Positions 28,568 to 37,694 of a stretch of 64,000 nt of DNA are shown piece after piece; positions within the stretch are counted from its first letter, which is position 1; the number at the start of each line of letters is the position of its first letter. The notes under the pieces were generated by a model. That model had not been told where the DNA came from, ran no database searches, and saw only the letters and a program-made list of their open reading frames with translations. The DNA comes from a virus: the IMG/VR virus record IMGVR_UViG_3300019776_000919, positions 105,714 to 169,713 of that record; one strand, 5' to 3'. The position numbers and the translations under genes are program-made.

Positions 28568-29635
28568 ATGGCAACTATTACCATTCAAGATCTACAAGAA
28601 ATCGCTGTGCAAGCCACTAGTGATTTTTTTAACAATCAAGTCCCTCTGAATCAATCCCTTGCTAAGCAGGCATCTGAGCGTGGACTTAATTCGGAACAGC
28701 TAAAAAGAGCTATTGAGACTACTAATACTTTGACTCATTTAAAGAGTATTGAAGTATCCAAGGATAGAACCGTAGAGTTTCCTGTTGCAGACTACACGTC
28801 AATTGTTAAAATGGCTTCAGTCCCTAATTTGACTGGCCCAGAAGACGAAGACGTACCTGACGGAGATGCTCACGGCTTCGTAGAAAAAGCAGCTTCTGCA
28901 GAAAGCATCCTAGCATACACTCCTCCTGATATGACGGAGAATGAGAAAATGTTGCATCTGCAGAAAGCTGCGCATATTAATAAAGTTGCTTTGGAAAACG
29001 CTCAAATTAATTTGAGAATTACCGGAGAAACTCTTCTAAAACAGGCTTTCGAACTAAGAAAAGACCCTCAGTTTATAGAGCATCTTTCAGCATCTTCTGC
29101 CGATAGTTTTCAATTTGAAAAGATTTCTACTCTTGTTTTAGGATCTATCGTTGATAGAAAAGATTACACAAACGGTATGTTTAAATCTGCTCAATTGAAT
29201 GAAGTAGAATCATTTGTTTCTCTTTACAAGCAGGCCAGTGAATTGACTTCTGAAATCAAAACCAGAAAGAATATGGACGAACGCTGGGAAATGATTAAAC
29301 AAGCTTCCATTTTAGGTTCTCTTGCTCAAGGGGTGGCTAAGTATACAACGAAAGCAGTGGTTGCCCCGGCTAAGTTAATGGGAAAAGCAATATCGGCTCC
29401 ACTAGTAGCAGGAGCCGGGGTTGTTGGAAGACGGGTTAACAATGCTATTGCCAGTACCGGTGCAGGCAAAGCCGCAGGATTCACACCTAAACCTACTAAC
29501 CCCGCGTTAGCTAAAAAAGTTATGGCTGTAGGAACTGGAGTAGGCATGGCAGCTATGGATGCCTCTGCTTTTGAGCCAAAATCTGATCCTATGGGGTATG
29601 GTCAAGGCCGTATCTGGGATAATCTACAAAGATAA
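28568..29635 (+). CDS. putative head core protein rich in K-x-A motifs
   Basis: LAKQAS, IVKMAS, VEKAAS, LYKQAS, MIKQAS; Gly/Ala-rich C-terminus. Confidence 0.65.
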   Translation: MATITIQDLQEIAVQATSDFFNNQVPLNQSLAKQASERGLNSEQLKRAIETTNTLTHLKSIEVSKDRTVEFPVADYTSIVKMASVPNLTGPEDEDVPDGDAHGFVEKAASAESILAYTPPDMTENEKMLHLQKAAHINKVALENAQINLRITGETLLKQAFELRKDPQFIEHLSASSADSFQFEKISTLVLGSIVDRKDYTNGMFKSAQLNEVESFVSLYKQASELTSEIKTRKNMDERWEMIKQASILGSLAQGVAKYTTKAVVAPAKLMGKAISAPLVAGAGVVGRRVNNAIASTGAGKAAGFTPKPTNPALAKKVMAVGTGVGMAAMDASAFEPKSDPMGYGQGRIWDNLQR

Positions 29636-29648
29636 ATTGAGAACAAAA

Positions 29649-30179
29649 ATGAACGAACAAATTCAAGAACTTTACGAATACGGCTTGGAAAAATACGCCG
29701 GAGATAAGACCGCTGCTAAAGATTTTGTAGTGGCTTTTATAAAAGAGGCTAGTGGTGCTGAAGTTGCTAAGCTGGGATGGAATACTGTAGGTAGATCTGC
29801 CCTACAAGCCTTGGGTGGAGCGTCGGTAGGTATTGGTGTAGGGTTAGGTATTCATGGGCTGTCTAGTATGATAAACGCCGCAGGTAATGCGGGTTTACAC
29901 GCTAAATTTAAAGAAGCTTTCAGTAAGGCTATCGCTATGAATCCCGTAGTTGCAGAGGGTCATAGATCAGAACCCGCTAAAGTAGATTCTTATGCGGAAA
30001 CCATTTTTAAGTTTGCTCCTCATGTTGCCTGTGATGCTAATTTACTAAGTACTGTTTTAGCTAATGCCGTACATGGTGAAAACGTAGATCCTACTATTAT
30101 TAAGTCTATTGTTGACCTAGAGTCCAAGCTTATCGAGACTCGTAAAAATTCTTTATTCACTCCTAAAACCTATCTATAA
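29649..30179 (+). CDS. putative head core protein with glycine zipper
   Basis: Start moved to ATG 29649 to avoid overlap; LEKYAG, FIKEAS; GGASVGIGVGLGIHG. Confidence 0.65.
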   Translation: MNEQIQELYEYGLEKYAGDKTAAKDFVVAFIKEASGAEVAKLGWNTVGRSALQALGGASVGIGVGLGIHGLSSMINAAGNAGLHAKFKEAFSKAIAMNPVVAEGHRSEPAKVDSYAETIFKFAPHVACDANLLSTVLANAVHGENVDPTIIKSIVDLESKLIETRKNSLFTPKTYL

Positions 30180-30180
30180 A

Positions 30181-30444
30181 ATGGACAAGTCTAGCAAGTT
30201 ACTAGATTGGGCTGAAAAGTCCATCACTGAACTTAAGAATATGCCTATTCATAATAAGATAGGGTTAGGATTAGGCGTAACTTCACTTGGGCTAGGGTTA
30301 GTAAACTACCATAATAATAAAGTTAAATTAGATATGGATAAAGCAAGAATTGATCTAGATAAAGAGAGAGTTAATTTAGATATGAAATCCCTTTCTGCTT
30401 TACAAAAAATCCACAAAGCTTTATCAAAAAAATCTAACATCTAA
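30181..30444 (+). CDS. small protein with Gly-rich hydrophobic segment and coiled coil
   Basis: IGLGLGVTSLGLGL; repeated LDxDKxR. Confidence 0.7.
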   Translation: MDKSSKLLDWAEKSITELKNMPIHNKIGLGLGVTSLGLGLVNYHNNKVKLDMDKARIDLDKERVNLDMKSLSALQKIHKALSKKSNI

Positions 30445-30452
30445 ATTACCCC

Positions 30453-31976
30453 ATGTTAAAACTTATAGACATAGACTCTTCTTTCTTCAATGAAGAGCCT
30501 GTGGTTAGAATTATAAACACTGATTCTAATTTTCCATTGGAGAAGACTGCAGCTGATTCTAGGATAAATACTTTTATCTCCGATCTTAAACCGGAACAAG
30601 ATAAAATATACGTCCACATTTTAGCTATGGGGGCTGGGGAATACTTTGGGGCTAATAGAAATGCAGACTATTTCCCTGAAGATAATCTTATCAAATGGCA
30701 TGATACATTTAGAACGTCTCCTGCGCATATCTTTAAGCATCACATAAATAAAAATCCTGAGATTGCTATTGGTAAGGTCATTTTTTCCGTATACAACGAA
30801 AGAATGCACAGAGTAGAAGTTATTGCTTGGATTGATAAGAAAAAAGGATGGGATGTAGTTGATAAAATCGAGAGGGGTGAGTTCCCTGCTACTTCAATGG
30901 CGTGCCATACTCCGTATGATACTTGCTCTATTTGTGGAAACAAAGCTAGATCTCGTAATGAATATTGCTCTCATTTAAGAGGTGAACTGGGTAAAGTCCA
31001 TCCTACTGGTGAAAAAACCATGGCCATCAATGATGGAGCCCTTAAGTTTTTTGATATGTCAGTAGTATTTAAACCTGCAGATGTTACTAGTAGTGTATTA
31101 CAAAAAGTTGCTTATGCTGATCAATCTATTACCGGTTCTGCAGAGTCTGCGGAAATGATGGGTTTAGGTGAAAAAACTACTGAACTTAAAAAGTTAAGTT
31201 CGATGATTAAAGAGATTGAAGGAACTATGATCAATTCCTCAGACTCTTTAAAAGCAATCTTAGACAAAGTTAAGGACCCAGAAGAAGAAGTAATTTCTCT
31301 TTTAGAAGATTTAGAACTTGATCACGTAATTCATGCATTTGCAGAATTAGGCATCTCACCGTCTGTAGGGTTTTTTGCTAAGTTAATCGGTAGAAAAATT
31401 TGTGGCGAGGATGTCGCCGGAATAGAGACGTTAGTAAAAGGTTTAATTCAAGTAGACGGTGATAAGGTACATGTACCGGAACAAGGTCTTTCTAAAGTTG
31501 CATCTACCTATGAAGTAAACCATGCAATTTCTATACTGTCGCCTATGACTAAACAATGTTCTATTTTCCCAGACATTGTTATGCAAAGAGAGCTGGAAAA
31601 TTCAAACCCTGGATTTATACATCAAAGCGGGTTGGATTATATGAATTCTTCCAATGTAGGATATATCGGTAATGGACCTTATCCTGCTGCAGACCCTAGA
31701 AAAACATATTTACATTTGAGAGACGTTTACAGAGAGAAAAACTCAGATGGCTCTAGTATTTTGAAAACTTTATTTACTATCGGTGGCGCAGCAATAGCCG
31801 CTAAATGGCTAGTGTCGAAACTTATCGAAAGTAAAATGCAGGAACTTAGAGAAGAAATTCGCAAAGATAATTCTTCCCCAGTTAAAATAGTATTAGTTAA
31901 ATCGGCTGAACAAGCTTTCACTACTCAACAATTAGTTAAAGCATCCCTCTTGAATAGTTTAAAAACTGGGTTATAA
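30453..31976 (+). CDS. prohead (maturation) protease with Zn-finger insertion
   Basis: NRNADYFP, FKHH.N, TSMAC..CSICGN..YCSH, FFDMSVVFKPAD; lies upstream of scaffold and capsid genes. Confidence 0.75.
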   Translation: MLKLIDIDSSFFNEEPVVRIINTDSNFPLEKTAADSRINTFISDLKPEQDKIYVHILAMGAGEYFGANRNADYFPEDNLIKWHDTFRTSPAHIFKHHINKNPEIAIGKVIFSVYNERMHRVEVIAWIDKKKGWDVVDKIERGEFPATSMACHTPYDTCSICGNKARSRNEYCSHLRGELGKVHPTGEKTMAINDGALKFFDMSVVFKPADVTSSVLQKVAYADQSITGSAESAEMMGLGEKTTELKKLSSMIKEIEGTMINSSDSLKAILDKVKDPEEEVISLLEDLELDHVIHAFAELGISPSVGFFAKLIGRKICGEDVAGIETLVKGLIQVDGDKVHVPEQGLSKVASTYEVNHAISILSPMTKQCSIFPDIVMQRELENSNPGFIHQSGLDYMNSSNVGYIGNGPYPAADPRKTYLHLRDVYREKNSDGSSILKTLFTIGGAAIAAKWLVSKLIESKMQELREEIRKDNSSPVKIVLVKSAEQAFTTQQLVKASLLNSLKTGL

Positions 31977-32031
31977 TTCAGTCAATTTAGTTAAGAATAA
32001 TCTAAACAGAAAACCAAGGATAAAAAATAAA

Positions 32032-33969
32032 ATGGATCTAACTCTTGATCAACTGCTAGCTAGTTTTGAAACTGGCATGCAAAAATCAGCGTCGGAAGGC
32101 GAAGATAAGAAAGAAGAAGCTAAAGACGAGAAAAACGAATTCCCCTTCAAAAAGAAGGATGAAGAAGTTTCAGAAAAGTCTGAAGAAAAAAAGGACGAAG
32201 ATGAGTCTAAAGATGAATCCGAAGGCCAAGAAAAAGAAGCTTCACTAGCTGGTGCCGCTTTGGCTCGTGAAGTAATGCAAAAAGTAGCATCACTCAACCT
32301 GGACAATGGAATGAATAAACAAGCCTCAACCGCCGGTCAAGCACTGGCTCGTGCCCTTCTAAAGAAGGCCTCTGCTGGAGACGTATCTACGACAAACGGC
32401 ATTACCTCGGAAGCTGTTCCGAATAAGTCTCAAGTAGACAACGCTGAAATGGAAGCTGAAGGCGCTGCTGCTATTAAGGCCCTGCCTACTGGCGACGGCG
32501 TACGTAACTACGGAACCGTTAATGAGATTTTTGATGCGATGATTCAAGACGCTCTTGCACAAGGCGCTGCTTCAACTGATCAAGTTCATGAGCGTGGCGT
32601 TGCTAAGAATGAAGGTGCTGTTCTGGAACATGCTGTTCCGAATCAAATCAAAGTTGCCGCTATGAACGCCCTGATGCAAGGTGGTTTTGATTTTGACACT
32701 GCTGCCCAACTCTTGAAGTCTGCCGAAAGAAACGATCATAAAATTGAAGGATATATTTCCCCCGCTTGGCAAGAAAATGCCATTGCTAAGGACCACGGTA
32801 AAGAAGGCCTTAAGGGCGTAGGCGCTAATGTAAGTAAACACATTACCGGAGGCCTTAGAGTAGCTGGACGGGGATATCTAGAAGGTTTTGGCGGCAGCGT
32901 TGCCGGAGGTCTAATAGGCCAAGCTGTTGGGCTTGCAGGTAAAAATGCCCATGCTGTTAGAACCGGAACAAGTGTCGGAGCTACTTTAGGTGGACTTGGC
33001 GGCTTGGCTCATGGCGTTTATTCCTCTCTGAAAAACCAAGCTGATGAAGCCCATAAGAAGTATGCTTCAGAACAAGACCAATCGCAAGACGAAATCGAAA
33101 AGGCCGCCGCCATTTCCCATCTGGTCGCTAATGGCGTTAATTTTGACGACGCTTTTGAAATGGTTAAACAAGCCGAAGCTGAAATTGCTTTTGAAATGGA
33201 AAAAGCCGCTTGTCTGGAAACCCTGATCAATGAAGGTGTAGATTATGATTCAGCCGTTGAGTTGGTTAAGCAAGCTGCTGCTGGTGATCTGAACACTACT
33301 GATGGTGTTAATCCTGGCTCGGTTCCTAATAAGAACCAAGAAGACAACGCTCAGATGGAAGCCGAAGGCGCTGCTACGGTAAAGCCGCTGCCCACTGGTA
33401 ACGGTATTGCTGCTCAAGGTAATGTAAACCAAATTTTTGACGCCATCGTAGATGATGCTCTGGCTCAAGGCGCTGCTTCAAGTGACCAAGTTCACGAGCG
33501 TGGTGTATCGAAAGCCGAAGGTGCTGTAGAAGCTCATGCCGTTCCTAATCAGGTTAAGGTCGCTGCCATGAATAAGCTGTTGGAAGCCGGTGTTGATTTT
33601 GAAAAAGCTGCTGAAATTGTTAAGCAGGCTGGTGCCGCTGCAATTCCCAGTTTTCTCACCAAAGTAAGAGGCAACGCCATTAACGCTGTCAAAGATGCTA
33701 AGGCCCTAGTTGGAGCTGGTCCTAGCCGGTTCCCGATGGCTCCGGATTCAAAAGGCATGATCCGTCCTTTGAAGAGAGACAGTGCAATGGGATTGGTTAA
33801 GAATCCTGTGGTTCAAGCTGGAGCTGCTACCGCCGCTGCCGGTGCCGGCGCTGCTGCCCTGAGTCGTGAAAAGAAAGCTGCCGTCGATATGCTGACGGAA
33901 GCCGGTATTGACTTTGACTCAGCTGTAAGCTTGGTTAATGAAAAGGCCGCTGAACTGTACGGTGAGTAA
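32032..33969 (+). CDS. scaffold/core polyprotein-like protein with internal repeats
   Basis: Acidic N-terminus, ~17 K-x-A/S motifs, 117 aa duplication. Confidence 0.65.
   Translation: MDLTLDQLLASFETGMQKSASEGEDKKEEAKDEKNEFPFKKKDEEVSEKSEEKKDEDESKDESEGQEKEASLAGAALAREVMQKVASLNLDNGMNKQASTAGQALARALLKKASAGDVSTTNGITSEAVPNKSQVDNAEMEAEGAAAIKALPTGDGVRNYGTVNEIFDAMIQDALAQGAASTDQVHERGVAKNEGAVLEHAVPNQIKVAAMNALMQGGFDFDTAAQLLKSAERNDHKIEGYISPAWQENAIAKDHGKEGLKGVGANVSKHITGGLRVAGRGYLEGFGGSVAGGLIGQAVGLAGKNAHAVRTGTSVGATLGGLGGLAHGVYSSLKNQADEAHKKYASEQDQSQDEIEKAAAISHLVANGVNFDDAFEMVKQAEAEIAFEMEKAACLETLINEGVDYDSAVELVKQAAAGDLNTTDGVNPGSVPNKNQEDNAQMEAEGAATVKPLPTGNGIAAQGNVNQIFDAIVDDALAQGAASSDQVHERGVSKAEGAVEAHAVPNQVKVAAMNKLLEAGVDFEKAAEIVKQAGAAAIPSFLTKVRGNAINAVKDAKALVGAGPSRFPMAPDSKGMIRPLKRDSAMGLVKNPVVQAGAATAAAGAGAAALSREKKAAVDMLTEAGIDFDSAVSLVNEKAAELYGE
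32374..33630 (+). repeat. 351 bp in-frame duplication (32374-32724 and 33280-33630)
   Basis: AGD..T.G...VPNK.Q.DNA.MEAEGAA...DALAQGAAS.DQVHERGV...HAVPNQ.KVAAMN occurs twice. Confidence 0.9.
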
Positions 33970-34002
33970 TTTGGAAGACCTGGGAAACTAGGTCTTTTAA
34001 AA

Positions 34003-34542
34003 ATGACTAACAAGTACATTACTAAAATCGCATCTCACGGGATCTCTGATAAAGTCAGGGATCCTGATTTAGCTCGTGCCGCTGGAAAAGGCTTTTTATA
34101 CGGGTCTGTCGGATCTGCTATTGGAGCCAGGGGCGGCGGACTGACTTCTTTGATTGGTGCCGTTGCAGGCGGATATCATGGATATAAGTCTTCTTTAAAG
34201 AACCAGCTCAAAGATCAACAACTCCATGACATTAAACTTCAGGGGGCGGCTCAACGGCAAGAACTCCATGAAGCTAAAATGCATAAGATGGCGGAAGAAA
34301 AAGATCCCCGCAAAGGTTTAAAAGAAGCCATCAACGTCGGTACTATTGCAGGGTTGGGTGGATTGGCTACTTTTGGTGCAGCTAAAGCTACAAACAAATT
34401 ACTGCCGGTAATTGCAAAAAAATTCCCCAAGGTAACTCATAATGGTCTGTTGACCGGACTGGGTACTATCGGTGGTTTGGCTGCAGATTACGCAGGGCTT
34501 AAAATCGGTGATGCAACTAACAAACACATAGACAAATTATGA
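34003..34542 (+). CDS. Gly-rich putative internal virion protein with MTNKYITKIA tag
   Basis: Tag; two glycine-zipper modules separated by MHKMA. Confidence 0.7.
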   Translation: MTNKYITKIASHGISDKVRDPDLARAAGKGFLYGSVGSAIGARGGGLTSLIGAVAGGYHGYKSSLKNQLKDQQLHDIKLQGAAQRQELHEAKMHKMAEEKDPRKGLKEAINVGTIAGLGGLATFGAAKATNKLLPVIAKKFPKVTHNGLLTGLGTIGGLAADYAGLKIGDATNKHIDKL

Positions 34543-35132
34543 AACTGTCAACACTACTATACAAACAAGCTCAAGAGCTTCGCACTCAATCCACAGAATA
34601 TGTGGCGGTTGATCTTCTGAAAAAGGCTGGCATGGATGAAACTCAAGCCAGATTTGAAGTAGCTCAAAAGCTGATGGAAAAAGAAGCTACTGACTATTTG
34701 GTTAACTCTGGGATTGATTATGACACTGCATTGGAAATGGTTAAGATTGCCAACGTCAATGTAAAAGAGTTGGCTTCATTTAAAGTGGAGCCTTCGGAAG
34801 AAGAAGTTCTTTCTTTGAATATTGAAAAAGCTGCCGGGTTAGCAAAAGAGTTGGAAGAAAAGGTTGCTGACTATGATTCCCTGTTGGAAAAAGTAGCTCA
34901 ACTGGAAGCTCAATTGGCCGATAAACCGGAAGTTGAAACTGTATCTGAACCAATGCAGAAGTTTGCTAAGTCAGGTGCGTTTACAAATGAAGATTTGGAA
35001 GCCCTTAGAAAGCTTTCTACGGAAACCTTATCTAAAGTAGCATCATTGTCGGAACAGCCTTGGTCTTTAGGTAAGTCAGATCATTCAGATGTTGAATCAT
35101 TAGATCCGCTTGCTCAATTCTGCTTAAGCTAA
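34539..35132 (+). CDS. coiled-coil scaffold-like protein rich in K-x-A motifs
   Basis: Shares the EKxA..L...GIDYD.A..MVK.A module with 32032..33969. Confidence 0.65.
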   Translation: MKLSTLLYKQAQELRTQSTEYVAVDLLKKAGMDETQARFEVAQKLMEKEATDYLVNSGIDYDTALEMVKIANVNVKELASFKVEPSEEEVLSLNIEKAAGLAKELEEKVADYDSLLEKVAQLEAQLADKPEVETVSEPMQKFAKSGAFTNEDLEALRKLSTETLSKVASLSEQPWSLGKSDHSDVESLDPLAQFCLS

Positions 35133-35134
35133 AA

Positions 35135-35383
35135 ATGAATAAGTATTTACTAAAAATAGCAAGTATGTGGACTTCGGGGGAGACAGTATCTCCTCCGAAT
35201 CCTCATGTATTCAACCCGTCTTCTCCTCATTATGCACCTAGAGTGGCTAGAAGATCAGCTCTTCTAAAGGGGGCCGGAGGGTTAGCTGCAGGGCTTGGAG
35301 CTGGATATTTAGCAATAAAAGCTCTTAATCATTCTTCTGATCAAAACAACCAATATCAAGACTACTCTCAGTATGGCCAATAA
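35135..35383 (+). CDS. small protein with MNKYLLKIA tag
   Basis: Tag; GAGGLAAGLGAG glycine zipper. Confidence 0.75.
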   Translation: MNKYLLKIASMWTSGETVSPPNPHVFNPSSPHYAPRVARRSALLKGAGGLAAGLGAGYLAIKALNHSSDQNNQYQDYSQYGQ

Positions 35384-35702
35384 ATACCTAGAGAAAATTG
35401 CTCTTAATAAGTTTGAACAAAAAGTATCATCTGGGATTATCTCCAATGATCCTCGTGTTCAAGCAGTCGCTTCTAAACTAGAAGACTCTAAGAAGTTTTT
35501 ATCTAAATATCCGCATTCCCATGTAAATGAGTTAGTGGATCTACATAAAGACTTTAGTCCAGTAAGAGAAGCACGGGGTAAGTATCGTTCTGCATTAGGA
35601 TCAAACCCGGTTACTCACTTTAAAAACGTGGGTGATAGCTTGGCTCATGGAGCCCCTAGTATTGCTAAGAAGCTTTCTTTTTTAGCTAGAGTACGTGGAT
35701 GA
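35373..35702 (+). CDS. small protein with MANKYLEKIA tag
   Basis: Tag; overlaps both neighbours. Confidence 0.75.
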   Translation: MANKYLEKIALNKFEQKVSSGIISNDPRVQAVASKLEDSKKFLSKYPHSHVNELVDLHKDFSPVREARGKYRSALGSNPVTHFKNVGDSLAHGAPSIAKKLSFLARVRG

Positions 35703-36193
35703 ATCGGTACCTTGAAAAAATAGCATTGAATAGGTTTGAGCAGTATTTAGCTGCTCAGCCTAAAGATCGTATTTTCAAAAACCAACAAGTTCAAAAGACT
35801 TATAACTCTGTTCAGAAATCAGAGCAACTAGGTAGAATTGGTCATAAGATGAATTCTCTCGGTGGAGCCGGAGATAATTATCTAAAGCAATCTAGAGATG
35901 AACTTAGAAATAGCCGTGGTAAATTTGGAGTTTGGGATAAGGAAACTCAACCCAATAGAGCTTTTAAAAAACCAGAAGACGTAGCAGCTAAGAATGCTAA
36001 AAAACCCGTTATAGATAAACGTATCAAGGCTCCTAAATTTGATCCTTTAAAACGTTTAGCTGAGTCTGAATATAGGTACAAGCCTATAGTAAGAACTCCA
36101 GCTAGTAAAGGGATGAAAGCCCTGGCTGCATTAGCTGCTGCTGGTGGGGCTGGATTAATTGGTTACGGAATAAAGAAAAATATAACGGAATAA
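35699..36193 (+). CDS. basic protein with MNRYLEKIA tag
   Basis: Tag; C-terminal ALAALAAAGGAGLIGYG. Confidence 0.75.
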   Translation: MNRYLEKIALNRFEQYLAAQPKDRIFKNQQVQKTYNSVQKSEQLGRIGHKMNSLGGAGDNYLKQSRDELRNSRGKFGVWDKETQPNRAFKKPEDVAAKNAKKPVIDKRIKAPKFDPLKRLAESEYRYKPIVRTPASKGMKALAALAAAGGAGLIGYGIKKNITE

Positions 36194-36289
36194 CAATTCT
36201 GTATTAAAATACCTAATATAGAATACAGAAGTTGAAATAGTTCAACTTCTATCTAAAAATAACTCTTCAACACAAAGGATATTTATAAC

Positions 36290-36706
36290 ATGAAGATGGA
36301 ATATACAGCCCAGATTCTGAGAGGTTGGCCTTATGAAGGTGCCCTCGACAGAGCTGAGACCATCAAGACCGGCGTTTCGCTGGTTAACGGCGACTGGGTA
36401 CAAAAACAATCAGACGGAACTATCGATAAGGTAAGTTCCACCAAGACCGCTAATGCTGGTCTAGTCATCCGTGGTAACACAGACAGCACTTCTGGTGTAA
36501 CAACCGGTAAGGCTACTGTTCTGTGGGGTAACTTCATTGCTCAAATCAAGACCGCTACCGTGTTTACGCCAGGCGCTGCCCTGACCGCACAAAACGGTGT
36601 TCTGGTTGCTGGCACTGTCGGTACTGATCCTATCATTGGCTACGTTTTGGACGTTATCGCTTCGAGCGCTACGACCGATGCTAGCGTTGTTGTTAAGATC
36701 AACTAA
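36290..36706 (+). CDS. putative capsid decoration/cement protein
   Basis: 138 aa beta-rich ORF directly before the capsid gene; biased codons. Confidence 0.6.
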   Translation: MKMEYTAQILRGWPYEGALDRAETIKTGVSLVNGDWVQKQSDGTIDKVSSTKTANAGLVIRGNTDSTSGVTTGKATVLWGNFIAQIKTATVFTPGAALTAQNGVLVAGTVGTDPIIGYVLDVIASSATTDASVVVKIN

Positions 36707-36725
36707 TCCGGAGGAAATTTAAAAA

Positions 36726-37643
36726 ATGTCATACAATACTGAAACTACTAACGTTCAATTCATGAACCAGAGCTTCCTCCAGAAGATCGACCAAGGCATG
36801 ACCAAAGAAGCTGGCGTTGCCATGACGGCGTTTGTTCGTCAAAAGCTGCGTGAAGACGCCTTCGTTCGTAAGATTCTGCCTTTCCAATCAGTAACTGCTG
36901 CTGAACTGGATCGTCAGACTGACGAAGAGCCCACCATCATCTGCGAAAAAGAACCTGACTCAGTTGCGGCTACCCTGCCGTTCCTGGCTCGTGCCCCGAT
37001 TCGTTACTGGACTGGTCCTCGTTACAAGGTAAACTTCCAGAAGCTGTCGTCAGATGACTTCCGTAAGTCAAAGTTTGAACTGATGACCTATCGTACGGAC
37101 ATCCGTACCGTTCTGCAAGAGAACTCGATCAAGGACATTCAAGAGCAAGAAGACTATGGTTTCTACCAGAATCTGCTGGCTATTGCTGCCAACAACACTG
37201 CTATCGGTGCCACTAACACCTACAGCATCTCTGGTTTCTCGAAGGCTAACTACCTGACAGGTATCAAGAAGCTGCTGGAAAGACGCCTGCCGGTTGGCTG
37301 TGTTCTGATGAGCCAGTCGCTGTACAACGACATGCTAGCCTTCCAGTCGACCGATATCGGTTCGCCTGCTGCCAGCTCACTGTTCATGGGTGAAGCCCAA
37401 CTGCAAGCCCCGTTCGGCTACAAGGTCATCACGACCAACAAGTCGACCGCTGCTAACAGCTTCTTCCCCACCAACAGAATGATCGTTTTTGCACCGCCTC
37501 AGTTCCTGGGTCAAGCGTTTTCGCTGCAAGATGCGACCGTATTCCTCAAAGCTGAGCTGGATATGATCGAATTTACGGCTTACGAATCAATCGGTATCGG
37601 CCTGGGCAACACCCAAGGTTTCGTTATCATCGACTTCGTCTAA
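36726..37643 (+). CDS. major capsid protein (HK97-like fold inferred)
   Basis: Position after protease, scaffold and decoration genes; SD GGAGG; strongest codon bias; terminator follows; KLRED.F.RKIL and IQEQED patterns. Confidence 0.75.
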   Translation: MSYNTETTNVQFMNQSFLQKIDQGMTKEAGVAMTAFVRQKLREDAFVRKILPFQSVTAAELDRQTDEEPTIICEKEPDSVAATLPFLARAPIRYWTGPRYKVNFQKLSSDDFRKSKFELMTYRTDIRTVLQENSIKDIQEQEDYGFYQNLLAIAANNTAIGATNTYSISGFSKANYLTGIKKLLERRLPVGCVLMSQSLYNDMLAFQSTDIGSPAASSLFMGEAQLQAPFGYKVITTNKSTAANSFFPTNRMIVFAPPQFLGQAFSLQDATVFLKAELDMIEFTAYESIGIGLGNTQGFVIIDFV

Positions 37644-37657
37644 TCTGTAGACAATCT

Positions 37658-37687
37658 AAAAAAAGCCTAGCTAGTCTAGGCTTTTTT
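37658..37687. terminator. bidirectional intrinsic terminator
   Basis: AAAAAAGCCTAG-CTAGT-CTAGGCTTTTTT. Confidence 0.85.
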
Positions 37688-37694
37688 CTTTTGG

